Source of the DNA: Candidatus Altimarinota bacterium
Lineage (GTDB): Bacteria > Patescibacteriota > Gracilibacteria > UBA1369
Length of the DNA stretch: 32,000 nt
Direction: 5' to 3'
Assembly: GCA_041659405.1 (NCBI GenBank)
Contig: JBAZYK010000012.1
Coordinates: 24,750 to 56,749 of the forward strand
Of this stretch, positions 1 to 8,255 are shown piece after piece. The stretch's first letter is position 1. Every line of letters begins with the position of its first letter. The notes beneath the pieces are model-generated. The model saw only the letters and a program-made list of their open reading frames with translations, was not told the DNA's origin and did no database searches. The translations under genes were made by a program, and so were the position numbers.

Positions 1-345
1 GCCCAAAAATTCCAGAGCTTTCAAAAAAAGCCCCTCAGCATCCATAATCGCGGCATTAATTTCCTGATAATTAGCTCCACGCATAACATTAGATTGAACC
101 ACCGCGCCAATCCAGCCCGCTACCAAGGCTATTTTAAAGGCTATATGGCCGCCCAATCGACTAACAACATCCTTCTTATCAAGTTCAGCATGAATGATTC
201 GATAAAGCTCATCAATCGGCAAAGTTTGCAAATATTCCAGGTCTAAAAGAGCAGGATCCTGATCTAGCTCCGGAAGCGCTAAACTTAGAGCTGGTTCCGC
301 AGGGACGCACTCTTCTTCCGTTGAATTTTTTAAATCGAGACCCAT
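1..345 (-). CDS. hypothetical protein, C-terminal part cut by window edge
   Basis: The reverse-strand frame is open from the ATG at 343-345 down to position 1 (115 codons, MGLDLKNSTEEECVPAEPALSLALPELDQD...). It is absent from the ORF track because it has no stop in the window. The tracked 212..397 ORF is in another frame and looks spurious. Confidence 0.5.
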   Translation of the reverse strand, partial: MGLDLKNSTEEECVPAEPALSLALPELDQDPALLDLEYLQTLPIDELYRIIHAELDKKDVVSRLGGHIAFKIALVAGWIGAVVQSNVMRGANYQEINAAIMDAEGLFLKALEFLG

Positions 346-430
346 TAACTATAAAACTAAAAGGCCACAATAATAAGCACTTGAGACAATTTGTCAAACT
401 TCTTAAACCAAGGCCTTAGATTTGATGGGA

Positions 431-694
431 TTATGTGTTTTTTTTGATGGATCTCCGACCTACCAACTTCAACTTTTCTTCCCGGGAAAGATGTTTTATC
501 CGGTTTTCTTCTTTTGAAGCCAAAGAGCGATTGCGAAATTTTTTTGAATAAACCAGCCTAACAGGCCTGCGCGCTTTTGTGTATTTTGCGCCAAGTTTGG
601 ACTGATTATGCTCCTGAATTCTGCGCTCCAAATCAACCGTAATGCCGGTATACAAAGTTTCATCGGCGCACTTAAGAATGTAGAGGTAATACAT
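431..694 (-). CDS. GIY-YIG nuclease family protein (UPF0213/YhbQ-like)
   Basis: N-terminus YYLYILKCADETLYTGITVDLERRIQEH is a classic GIY-(x)-YIG/YTG plus R..EH pattern. The small size of 87 aa is typical of the family. Confidence 0.9.
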   Translation of the reverse strand: MYYLYILKCADETLYTGITVDLERRIQEHNQSKLGAKYTKARRPVRLVYSKKFRNRSLASKEENRIKHLSREEKLKLVGRRSIKKNT

Positions 695-771
695 GATTTT
701 GGATTTATCTATTTCTTTTATTTTAACATATCTCTAAAATAAGCCCCTAACAAAGGTTTTTGGCAAAAAAT

Positions 772-1293
772 ATGGCATTATCTAAAGCTCCAGAAAAATA
801 TTTAGGATTACCGGCTGCCTTACCGGCGCCAGCGCAAGCACCAGCAGTTTCGCAGGCACCCGTAGCGACCATCAAGGCTGCTATTAGAGAAGAATTCATA
901 AGATTTATGCTGGAAGGAATCGACGATTTTGTCCTGAATAAAAACAATGTATTAGAGGTCGAATTTCCACCTCATATTGCCGGTAAAATAGATGAACGTA
1001 CCGCCGGAATAATCAAAAGAATTGTAGATCTCCGACATTTAGTGGTTGTAGAACAAAGCGCTGGTAGGATGGTCTTACTAAAATACGCAACTTATATGCA
1101 ATTAACTCAACACATTGATAGTTTCATTACAAACAGAGGATCCACAGCGGTAACATTAACTCTGGGCGATAATTCATGCTTAATCGACTGGCTTAGACAA
1201 TTGAGCACAAACCTATCGTTATCAATGGTTGTAAATGGCCAAAACCCTCGCCAGATTCAAGTTATCCTAAGAAAGAAACCCGGAGTTAGGTAA
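772..1293 (+). CDS. hypothetical protein with Ala/Pro-rich N-terminus
   Basis: Long open frame. The track starts at TTG 760, and the first ATG is at 772. No recognisable motif. Confidence 0.55.
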   Translation: MALSKAPEKYLGLPAALPAPAQAPAVSQAPVATIKAAIREEFIRFMLEGIDDFVLNKNNVLEVEFPPHIAGKIDERTAGIIKRIVDLRHLVVVEQSAGRMVLLKYATYMQLTQHIDSFITNRGSTAVTLTLGDNSCLIDWLRQLSTNLSLSMVVNGQNPRQIQVILRKKPGVR

Positions 1294-1360
1294 TTGGTTT
1301 GACTCGGATTTGAGTTTGGATTATACGTGATTACGTTTTTACAAAAATTAATTATATTTT

Positions 1361-2758
1361 ATGGCTAACGGGTTGGAACAACATGGAACATGCGAGGAGT
1401 TAATGGAAAGTCCGCAAATAGTGGAGATTCAACGTTTAGATGAGTTAATGAAAACTCCGCAAATAGAGGAGATTCAACGTTTAGTGGCTAGAAATATAGT
1501 CTTGGCGAAGATTCTTGGCGAACAACGTACGACTCAGTCTTTTTCTACCGCCGATGAGTTGGCGAATGCATTTAAGGGAAAATTGCTGACGGCCGGAAAA
1601 ACCGGTTTGGAGGCCATGGAAAAGGCAAAAATTAAATATAAAGATTTGATTGAAACAGCGGGCATTACCGATGAGGATTTGAGAAAAGTGTTTGAGATGG
1701 TTTGGGTTTACAGTCGTTTGGCCAATCCCACTGGTGAGCTTTTAGAGGAAGCAATTTCAGGAATTGAAGGAGCGGAAAAGACGGCTATTTTTGCGTCCGG
1801 ACTTGGGGCTATTAATGCCGCAGTGAGGCAATTTGTGCCACCTGCCAAGGCTGACGGGGAAAAGTATGTTAAGGGCGGAAAAATTGTGGTAATTGGCAGT
1901 ATTTATGGTGGAACTTACGCTCAGCTGATGAACATATGCAAAGAGACCGGCCGACAGCTTGAGTTTTTGTCGATTTCTGATTTTAAAGCGCAGGGTCTTA
2001 GTGATCATACTTCCATGGTTTTTTGCGAAACCAGCAACAATCCAACATTGAATGTTGTTCCATTAAAACGTGTTGCGGAAGAGGCAAGACGGGTTGGGGC
2101 GGTTTCCGCTTGCGATAATACTTTTACTCCAATAACCGTGCGTCCCGTGGAAAACGGCATTGATCTTACGATTACTTCAATGACCAAATATTTTAACGGA
2201 AGAAGTGAGAGTTTGGGTGGTTGCGTTTCGGGAAACGCTGAATTAATTGGGGAATTTTCGGATCTTCAGGAAGGGCAGCGCATGCTGGGTGGCGCTATTA
2301 TGGATCCGCGTGTGGCAAAAAAGTTCTTAGAGCATTTGGCAAATCTTCCGGAAAGACTTTTTAAAGCGACTCAAAATGCCAGGGGTGTTAGGGAGGTTGC
2401 TATTCGCTCCGGGTTTCGGGCAAAAACTGTTGAAGATTTTCCGGAATATTCTAGAATTAGAAATCCCGCGATTCCTGCAAGTGTGAGCAATGGCATGGTG
2501 TCTTTGTTTATGGATGATGCACAACAGGCAAGCGCTCTGGTCGACATGCTGATTAAGGAAGGCATTGGTCATGGCGCGGTTAGCCTTGGGGCAGAGGGGA
2601 CATATTATTGCATTCCGGGGCGGACAACACACTCGGAAATGCCGGAGGAAGAAATGGCGCGCGCCGGCATAACTCCCGGATTGGTGCGAATTTCCTGTGG
2701 GATTGAACCGGATCTTATTCAAAGGTTTGAAAAAGTTCTGACCGATTTTGCTAAATAA
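1361..2758 (+). CDS. Cys/Met-metabolism PLP-dependent enzyme (cystathionine gamma-synthase/lyase or O-acylhomoserine sulfhydrylase family) with an N-terminal extension
   Basis: The PLP-lysine region ITSMTKYFNGRSESLGG matches the S-x-T-K-(Y/F)-x-x-G-H-x-D consensus type. It also shows FCETSNNPTL and DNTF motifs and a family-typical core length. Confidence 0.85.
   Translation: MANGLEQHGTCEELMESPQIVEIQRLDELMKTPQIEEIQRLVARNIVLAKILGEQRTTQSFSTADELANAFKGKLLTAGKTGLEAMEKAKIKYKDLIETAGITDEDLRKVFEMVWVYSRLANPTGELLEEAISGIEGAEKTAIFASGLGAINAAVRQFVPPAKADGEKYVKGGKIVVIGSIYGGTYAQLMNICKETGRQLEFLSISDFKAQGLSDHTSMVFCETSNNPTLNVVPLKRVAEEARRVGAVSACDNTFTPITVRPVENGIDLTITSMTKYFNGRSESLGGCVSGNAELIGEFSDLQEGQRMLGGAIMDPRVAKKFLEHLANLPERLFKATQNARGVREVAIRSGFRAKTVEDFPEYSRIRNPAIPASVSNGMVSLFMDDAQQASALVDMLIKEGIGHGAVSLGAEGTYYCIPGRTTHSEMPEEEMARAGITPGLVRISCGIEPDLIQRFEKVLTDFAK
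1397..1486 (+). repeat. 45-bp tandem duplication (2 units) inside the CDS
   Basis: Unit 1 (1397-1441) is gagttaatggaaagtccgcaaatagtggagattcaacgtttagat. Unit 2 (1442-1486) is gagttaatgaaaactccgcaaatagaggagattcaacgtttagtg. There are about 5 mismatches in 45. The units encode ELMESPQIVEIQRLD / ELMKTPQIEEIQRLV. Confidence 0.9.
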
Positions 2759-2858
2759 AGTTCCATCACGCACGAAGTGCCTATTTCTATTGCGAGCGGA
2801 GCGAGTTCCATTTTTAGTTGGGGTATGCTTAAAGCAGCTTTTAATCAGGCTCAAAATT

Positions 2859-2867
2859 TGCTATAAT
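2859..2867 (+). promoter_or_regulatory. extended -10 element (TGcTATAAT) upstream of the 2904 CDS
   Basis: tttgcTATAAT lies about 37 nt before the ATG at 2904. No strong -35. Confidence 0.3.
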
Positions 2868-2903
2868 AATAAGAATCAAAAATCAGCTTATGAGCTCAAA
2901 GCC

Positions 2904-3476
2904 ATGGAAATAAAAAAAGCAAATCCGGAATATGAAATAACAAACCTTGAAAAAAAGGTGCTGGTCAATTTGTGGCTTGATGACTACGATAACATTTTTT
3001 CGGATTTTGATCCGCGCCCTTATTCTTTGCGGGAATTATCAGACGATTTTCTAAATGAAACAAAAAAAATAATCAACGAAATAACAAATGAAAATCTGGA
3101 GATAGTTTTTCTGATTCCTCAAAGCCTAAAAAACAAAACCACAGAACATATAATCGCCACCAGGTTACACTCATACTTTAAAAAGAAAGCACACCATCAG
3201 GAGGCCGAGCAAAAAAAAGACAGAAGAAATGGCATAATACTAAGTTTAATTGGAGGAGTGCTAATGATCGGAGCGACATTTTCAGCCCAGATGGAAAACA
3301 ATCAATTATTTTACAATTTTCTTCGCATTTTATTGGAACCGGCAGGTTGGTTTATGACATGGTACGGCCTTGATCACATTTTCTACATCGCAAAAGAAAA
3401 GAATCATGAGTTAAGATTCAATAAAAAAATGGCAAAAGCCGAAATCGTTTTTGACGCTTATAGCAATCGCGAATAA
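2904..3476 (+). CDS. hypothetical membrane protein
   Basis: The frame has been open since TTG 2748, but the ATG at 2904 follows the promoter-like TATAAT. Two hydrophobic segments (ILSLIGGVLMIGATF, LLEPAGWFMTWYGL) lie in the C-terminal half. Confidence 0.6.
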   Translation: MEIKKANPEYEITNLEKKVLVNLWLDDYDNIFSDFDPRPYSLRELSDDFLNETKKIINEITNENLEIVFLIPQSLKNKTTEHIIATRLHSYFKKKAHHQEAEQKKDRRNGIILSLIGGVLMIGATFSAQMENNQLFYNFLRILLEPAGWFMTWYGLDHIFYIAKEKNHELRFNKKMAKAEIVFDAYSNRE

Positions 3477-3530
3477 AAAATCATAGTTCAGACTATCGCA
3501 AGCTGGGGCTTTAGAACAGGTTATGCCGCA

Positions 3531-3905
3531 TTACTCGGTGTCCCCAATTTCAGTATATCCTCTTGCACCCCTTCTTGCGCCTCCATTTCCGCCACGGCCT
3601 ATTTTTTTCTTAATATCAGCTCGCACACCTTCAACAACTTGAACCTCCTCAGGTACCTCGGGAGTACTGCCAGGGGTATGCTTCATAAGCATGGACTTTA
3701 TTGGCTCAAAATCTCCACTTTTTAAAAGTTCCACCATCTTTTTCAACTCCGGCATTGTAAGTGGAGTAAATCTAAAGCTGGTTAAGGTCATATTAAGCGT
3801 GACTACATTTAAACTGCGGACATTCCTCCCTGATAAGACTGCAATAATTTCGTCAACTAATTTTTCATCAGATTCCTGTTCAGGAGCCCCAGAAACATTC
3901 TCCAT
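3531..3905 (-). CDS. hypothetical protein with RGG-type basic C-terminal tail
   Basis: ATG start. The C-terminus is KKKIGRGGNGGARRGARG. The overlapping plus ORF 3691..3915 has an implausible composition. Confidence 0.6.
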   Translation of the reverse strand: MENVSGAPEQESDEKLVDEIIAVLSGRNVRSLNVVTLNMTLTSFRFTPLTMPELKKMVELLKSGDFEPIKSMLMKHTPGSTPEVPEEVQVVEGVRADIKKKIGRGGNGGARRGARGYTEIGDTE

Positions 3906-3989
3906 ATTAATTTAGATAAGGGACAATAATTGGTAAGACACTCGGTAAATTATAAAACATTAAACGATATTTTACCAGTCGATATTCAA

Positions 3990-4003
3990 GGCGCGATTCA
4001 ATA
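3990..4003 (-). repeat. upstream-box copy F (TTGAATCGCGCC on minus strand)
   Basis: The minus strand reads tattGAATCGCGCCttg, about 85 nt upstream of the 3905 start. It is related to the boxes at 4658-4682 and 6120-6149. Confidence 0.35.
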
Positions 4004-4048
4004 AATGCTGAGGATAAAGATGCTTTGAGTGCCTTTAACTAAAAGAAG

Positions 4049-4597
4049 CTATTTTTGCCCTCCTAATAAAGCTGAGATTTGCTGTCTTAAAACATCACTT
4101 TTCCCTGCGCGTTCTTTTGCTGCTCTTAATTGATTTATTCTTTGATCTAAATATTTTTTTAAGACAGTTACCGCATTTTGATCTTTAAGAACAAATTTAA
4201 AAAATGCAGCTTCGACCTCATCGCTCGCTCTGGGAAACTTTCGATCTTCAAAAAAGTGCAATAAGTCTTCTGATGACAATTCAGTTAAGGTATATAAAAC
4301 CCCATCAACTTCTTCTGAATTTTCATGAGATCTTAACCACTGTTGGCCTTCTTCGGTTTGGAAAAAATTAGCTAATAAATACATTCGCAAATACCTGTCT
4401 TGCATATCAATTAATGCCTCTACTCCATCAGTAATAGCAGATCTATTTGGTTCTGCAGAAGCATCAAAATTTCCCAAAATTTCGTCTTGCTTAGGATCAG
4501 CATCCCATAAGGACAATCGAAATTTATCGGGGGAATTTGGATCTTCTAAGACTATTGGTCTTTGTCTTCTTCTAATTTCATCAATATCTATTGGCAT
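4049..4597 (-). CDS. hypothetical protein
   Basis: 182-aa ATG-initiated frame with acidic, helical-looking composition. No recognised motif. Confidence 0.6.
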   Translation of the reverse strand: MPIDIDEIRRRQRPIVLEDPNSPDKFRLSLWDADPKQDEILGNFDASAEPNRSAITDGVEALIDMQDRYLRMYLLANFFQTEEGQQWLRSHENSEEVDGVLYTLTELSSEDLLHFFEDRKFPRASDEVEAAFFKFVLKDQNAVTVLKKYLDQRINQLRAAKERAGKSDVLRQQISALLGGQK

Positions 4598-4657
4598 AAA
4601 ATTAAATAAAAATTACAGGTGTTAAGTAAAACATAAATGCGCCATAAAGTCAAGAAA

Positions 4658-4682
4658 CTCCTGGTGGCGCGACGTTCAAACT
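4658..4682 (-). repeat. upstream-box copy A (AGTTTGAACGTCGCGCCACCAGGAG on minus strand)
   Basis: It matches copy B in register: TTTGAAC, then GCGCCA, then 3 nt, then GGAG. It lies about 70 nt upstream of the 4597 start and about 10 nt upstream of a CTTGAC -35-like hexamer. Confidence 0.5.
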
Positions 4683-4693
4683 AGTCTTAGCAA

Positions 4694-6064
4694 TTAAGAT
4701 GGAGAACACCCATAGTATGAATATAAATATCTTAATGCGCGTTGCGATTTAGCCAAATCGATTTGAATATTTTGAATATCCTCAATATTTCCTTCTCTAT
4801 TGCTAACAAAAATCCAATTTCTTAGAGGATTTGATGTGTTTTTTTGATTATGCAATACAATGCCCATGCAATCTAATATCTTTAGAACTAAAGCAGTAGT
4901 ACTCGCGTGCCATTGCTTTTTACATAGTAAGCTCATTCTCAGTAACTGTTCAACTCTCTGTTTTATTTTTAACTGTGCATCGAGGTCGCCTTTGGCAGCA
5001 GCTTTAATATCATCTACCTGAAGGAGGTGTGGGTTATTTTGATATTTTCTAATCAGATCTTGTTCATTTAAATCCGAACCTAAACTTAATGTAAAATCGT
5101 CTTCTGTTAAAAATACCTTAGTACCTTCAAGAACAGAATTTAACAATCTTCGTGCTGAACTTTGTACATTTTTAAGTGTTAAGTCGTCAACATATTGCTC
5201 AGTTGAACGACATCGCATCGCAATAAAACGATGATAAATATCTCCATCTTCACCATAATGAACAGAACAATCATATCCTCCGCTGGCTAAGTATGCTGAT
5301 GCGCGAAAAGCAGTATTGGCTCCTGTGATGTTTACAGAAGAATAACTTTTAATTTTTTTTTGATTAAATAAATCCATAAGTTCAATTATCATTTCTCGAA
5401 TCCACAATTCGGGGGCTTGTCGTGATGCAGATTCAACATCACTTGGACTAGAATAAAAAACTGACCTGCCGGCAGCATATTCAAGCATGGACCGGTCTAA
5501 AAATCGTCTGATGGTTGTTTCAACATAATCACTTTTTAATTTCACGCAGTCGCTATCGTTACTAATCACAATTGGATCAGATTGATTTCTTTGTTTGGCA
5601 CAAGTACAAGCAATTTCAGTAAGCAAACTCCTTACATTCCCCAACGCAACATTATCGGAAAAATGCTCTCGAAACGAATGAACTTTCAATTTAGGGAATT
5701 GGCTTTTTATTTCGGCTATTTCAGCTTCAAGAACTTGGGCGCGGGAAGAAAAATCTAATTCATCTATTTCTGGTCCGGCATTAATACAAATCAAAATTTC
5801 AAAATCAAAGCATGTCTGTTTACAATATTGTTCCAGAGTTCTTTTTAAGTTCTGCTCTTTGGCATGACATGGAATTGCTACAAATGTTCGACTACCTTCA
5901 GCAATAGGTAAACGGTTGCTAATCTCCATTATTTTTGAACATCTTGCCGAGTCGGTAGAAGCTAATTTAGCAAAGAAAAGCTCATATTCATGTTCAAAAT
6001 CGAGTTTTACGCTAGGATTTGCCAAAACAGTTTCACTTAAACCTTCATAATAAGGCTGAGACAT
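4694..6064 (-). CDS. GT-A fold (family-2-like) glycosyltransferase domain protein with long C-terminal helical region
   Basis: The layout FVAIPCH..EQNLKRTLEQYCKQT..FEILICINAGP, then GNVRS, IVISNDSDCV (DxD-like), GANTAFRASAYLASGGYD and GEDGDIYHRF follows the GT2 motif order. No TM segment. Confidence 0.55.
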   Translation of the reverse strand: MSQPYYEGLSETVLANPSVKLDFEHEYELFFAKLASTDSARCSKIMEISNRLPIAEGSRTFVAIPCHAKEQNLKRTLEQYCKQTCFDFEILICINAGPEIDELDFSSRAQVLEAEIAEIKSQFPKLKVHSFREHFSDNVALGNVRSLLTEIACTCAKQRNQSDPIVISNDSDCVKLKSDYVETTIRRFLDRSMLEYAAGRSVFYSSPSDVESASRQAPELWIREMIIELMDLFNQKKIKSYSSVNITGANTAFRASAYLASGGYDCSVHYGEDGDIYHRFIAMRCRSTEQYVDDLTLKNVQSSARRLLNSVLEGTKVFLTEDDFTLSLGSDLNEQDLIRKYQNNPHLLQVDDIKAAAKGDLDAQLKIKQRVEQLLRMSLLCKKQWHASTTALVLKILDCMGIVLHNQKNTSNPLRNWIFVSNREGNIEDIQNIQIDLAKSQRALRYLYSYYGCSPS

Positions 6065-6090
6065 ATAGCTTGAAACAAATTTAAGATGCT

Positions 6091-6119
6091 AAAATAGCAC
6101 ATTTTATCTAATGTGTCAA
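6091..6119 (-). promoter_or_regulatory. sigma70-type promoter for the 4694..6064 gene
   Basis: The minus strand reads TTGACA, a 17-nt spacer, then TATTTT. The -10 element lies about 27 nt before the ATG at 6064. Confidence 0.45.
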
Positions 6120-6149
6120 TGGAGCTCCACATGGCGCAATGTTCAAACT
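6120..6149 (-). repeat. upstream-box copy B (AGTTTGAACATTGCGCCATGTGGAGCTCCA on minus strand)
   Basis: See copy A. This copy ends in GGAGCTCCA immediately 5' of the TTGACA -35. Confidence 0.5.
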
Positions 6150-6226
6150 TCAACTAATTTATAAAAAAATTAGAATATTTTAATCTGCATACACTAAAAT
6201 GAGCTGGAATATAAATTGATACAACC

Positions 6227-6763
6227 ATGAAAATTATTATTCCAAATGAAATAATTGAAACCAAAATATTCTTTGTCAGGGGAAGGAAAGTCATTATGGA
6301 CAAAGACTTAGCCATACTTTATGAGGTGCCTACAAAGCAACTTAATCAGGCTGTAAAAAGAAATATAAGCCGATTTCCTGAGGATTTTATGTTCCAACTC
6401 AATGAAAGTGAAGCGGGGGTTTTGGAATCTGGAATTGATTTAGTACAGGCAAACAACTTGAGGTCACAATTTGTGACCTCAAGTTACGGTGGAAGACGCT
6501 ATCGTCCCTATGTTTTTACGGAACAAGGTATCGCTATGCTATCAAGTGTATTAAAAAGCGAACGTGCTATTCAGGTCAACATCCAGATCATGAGAACTTT
6601 TATCAAATTGAGAGAAATGTTGTCGAGTAATAAGGCATTGAGGGATAGGATTGAAAAAATAGAGAAAAAATACGACAATCGTTTCAAGATTGTCTTTAAA
6701 ATGATTAAACAACTAATAGACGAAGAAAAATCGCAACAAGGGATTGGCTTTCGCCTTCAATAA
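6227..6763 (+). CDS. ORF6N-domain DNA-binding protein (phage/mobile-element associated family)
   Basis: IFFVRGRKVIMDKDLAILYEVPTKQLNQAVKRNISRFPEDFMFQL ... LRSQFVTS..GGRRYRPYVFTEQGIAMLSSVL is the characteristic ORF6N pattern. Confidence 0.85.
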   Translation: MKIIIPNEIIETKIFFVRGRKVIMDKDLAILYEVPTKQLNQAVKRNISRFPEDFMFQLNESEAGVLESGIDLVQANNLRSQFVTSSYGGRRYRPYVFTEQGIAMLSSVLKSERAIQVNIQIMRTFIKLREMLSSNKALRDRIEKIEKKYDNRFKIVFKMIKQLIDEEKSQQGIGFRLQ

Positions 6764-6790
6764 AAAGGGCGCTTTACTTAAAACACAAAA

Positions 6791-6809
6791 TTTATATTTT
6801 TGGAGCTCC
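6791..6809 (-). repeat. tRNA-3'-end-like copy C (GGAGCTCCAAAAATATAAA on minus strand)
   Basis: The plus strand reads tttatatttttGGAGctcc. It resembles the flank plus CTCCA terminus of tRNA-Gly at 9028-9045 and of copy D. Confidence 0.4.
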
Positions 6810-7004
6810 TTGCGGGCTGCTGTGCGAGAATCGGGCTGACATCCATTTCATCCTTGGGAATCGTCAAAGTTTTACATCCCAAATAATAAAATAGCCGCAC
6901 TCTGACCGCACTTTGATTGGGATAAGGTTGACAAAATTGTAAAACAAGCTAGAGTGTCTAGCCGCTCGACGCATGTTTTATTAAGTCTATAATCAAAAAT
7001 TATA

Positions 7005-7637
7005 ATGGAGGAAACAGCAGATTTAGGTAATTCCGAATTTAGAACTAAAGTTCTTCCCCAAATTTGTGGATATTTAGATATAAATATCGATGATATAGCC
7101 CAGATAAGTCCCAGAGATCTAGTTGATAAAATTCGCGATAATCTACGAAATAAAAGAGTAAATGGGAAAGCCATTCCCAAAAAAGAGAGACTATTAGATT
7201 GGATTTTAGGACATGACATTCCAAATCCATTTAGTTTAAGACAATTTGTGGGAACCTGTCGGTTACTCGCTGAAAAAACTGAAAGAAAGAAAGGTGCAAG
7301 CCAAGAAGTCAATGTGAGATCGCGTTTAAATTTTAAGGTAGATGTAAGGGACGGAGATGACCTTGAAAAAATCCACTCTCAGATAGAGACAATCGGTAAA
7401 GCTATTGCTGCACTCGTAGAAAATGTCCTTGATAATAGCAGGAAGCCAACGATAAACATATTTGTTTCACTATACATCCCCTCAAATTCAGAAAACATAT
7501 CCACAATCAACTTCATGGAGGAGGAAAATTTAAATACCGCAAGAATTGAAGAATTAATAAATTCCGTGAAAGAAACGGTTAGTAGCGCAATAAAAGCAGG
7601 TCAACTTGGAGTAATTCAAATTAAATATCATTCCTGA
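7005..7637 (+). CDS. hypothetical protein
   Basis: ATG preceded by TATAAT (6985-6990). 210-aa frame with ordinary composition. The overlapping minus ORF 6872..7312 is rejected. Confidence 0.6.
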   Translation: MEETADLGNSEFRTKVLPQICGYLDINIDDIAQISPRDLVDKIRDNLRNKRVNGKAIPKKERLLDWILGHDIPNPFSLRQFVGTCRLLAEKTERKKGASQEVNVRSRLNFKVDVRDGDDLEKIHSQIETIGKAIAALVENVLDNSRKPTINIFVSLYIPSNSENISTINFMEEENLNTARIEELINSVKETVSSAIKAGQLGVIQIKYHS

Positions 7638-7668
7638 TTGAAAAACGGCTTATTCAAGCTATAAAATA

Positions 7669-7720
7669 CTTATATTTTTCTTTGGAGACCCATCGTGGAA
7701 GCTAATCGAACCTGTTCAAG
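7669..7720 (-). repeat. decayed tRNA-Gly 3'-half copy D
   Basis: The minus strand reads cTTGAACAGGTTCGATtagcttccacgatgggtCTCCAAAGAAAAATATAAG. The T-loop-like GGTTCGAT, the terminal CTCCA and the AAGAAAAA(T)ATAAG flank match the real tRNA at 9028-9117 (GGTTCGAG...CTCCAAAGAAAAAATAAG). Confidence 0.55.
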
Positions 7721-7730
7721 TCAAATTTCT

Positions 7731-8168
7731 TTAATCTTTTGACTGATCGGTAGGTTGAGAATTCCTTAAATAGCAGAATTTGGCATCGATTTCGGCCATG
7801 ACTGTTCCAACTCTATCAGATATGGTTGCGTTAACTTTTTGGATATCTCTTCTTTCGTCAAATTGTTCGGGTTCACCTACAAGGCAAGCAGTTAAGCTAT
7901 ATTCAGTGTCCGGACGCATCATTTTATGTACTTTACAGTTCGACTCTAAGGCTAAAGGCTTTTTGAATATTTTTAAAGCATGTGCAACATTCCACACTGC
8001 AAATAGAGTATGAGCCATATTAACGTGTCCCCGTTCTCCAATGGTAGGATCTGTAGAGGGAAAACGCACTTCACCAGAAGCACGCAACCCGCCATCTTGG
8101 GTATCCTCAATTGTAAGTGTTTCCGCATTAAGATAATGAGGAGGAGGTGCACCATCTAAAGTATACAT
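7731..8168 (-). CDS. putative hotdog-fold (4HBT-like) thioesterase
   Basis: GERGHVNMAHTLFAVWNVAHAL resembles the D/E..GHVxNxxY helix-start motif of 4HBT thioesterases. Size about 145 aa. Confidence 0.45.
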   Translation of the reverse strand: MYTLDGAPPPHYLNAETLTIEDTQDGGLRASGEVRFPSTDPTIGERGHVNMAHTLFAVWNVAHALKIFKKPLALESNCKVHKMMRPDTEYSLTACLVGEPEQFDERRDIQKVNATISDRVGTVMAEIDAKFCYLRNSQPTDQSKD

Positions 8169-8255
8169 AAAAATGATTATTATAAGCTAAGTACTTGCAA
8201 CCTAATTGATTTAAATGATAATCTCAAATAGTCGTTTGAATATGACGAAAAAAAT

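Noticed and set aside
212-397. 61-aa tracked ORF at the left edge.
   Set aside because: A different minus-strand frame stays open from ATG 343-345 to the window edge (115 codons) with more protein-like composition. The tracked ORF overlaps it out of frame.
1757-2854. Several minus-strand ORFs (1757..2008, 2005..2187, 2327..2854, 2371..2565) antisense to the PLP enzyme gene.
   Set aside because: They lie entirely within or opposite a well-supported CDS with clear family motifs, and their products are Arg/Cys/Phe-rich and unnatural.
5353-5361. T9 (A9 on the coding strand) tract inside the GT-A-like gene as a phase-variation switch.
   Set aside because: A/T homopolymers of 8-9 nt occur repeatedly in coding and noncoding parts of this AT-rich window (for example 3063-3070, 3213-3220). 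The tract is therefore not distinctive without population data.
4661-6149. Sigma-54 promoter reading of plus-strand TGGCGC-N-TTCA in boxes A and B.
   Set aside because: The spacing between the GG and the would-be GC element is one nucleotide short, and TTCA replaces TTGC. For box A the downstream plus-strand sequence is antisense to a gene.
6872-7312. 146-aa minus-strand ORF overlapping the 7005..7637 gene and the 6764-7004 spacer.
   Set aside because: It has implausible Ser/Leu/Phe/Cys-rich composition. It is antisense to a better ORF that has a TATAAT-proximal ATG, and it runs through the repeat-containing spacer.
7683-7731. A genuine, unusual tRNA gene at copy D.
   Set aside because: Only about 48 nt are available before the adjacent CDS stop. 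No acceptor, D or anticodon arms can be drawn. Only the T-loop-like GGTTCGAT and the terminal CTCCA survive.
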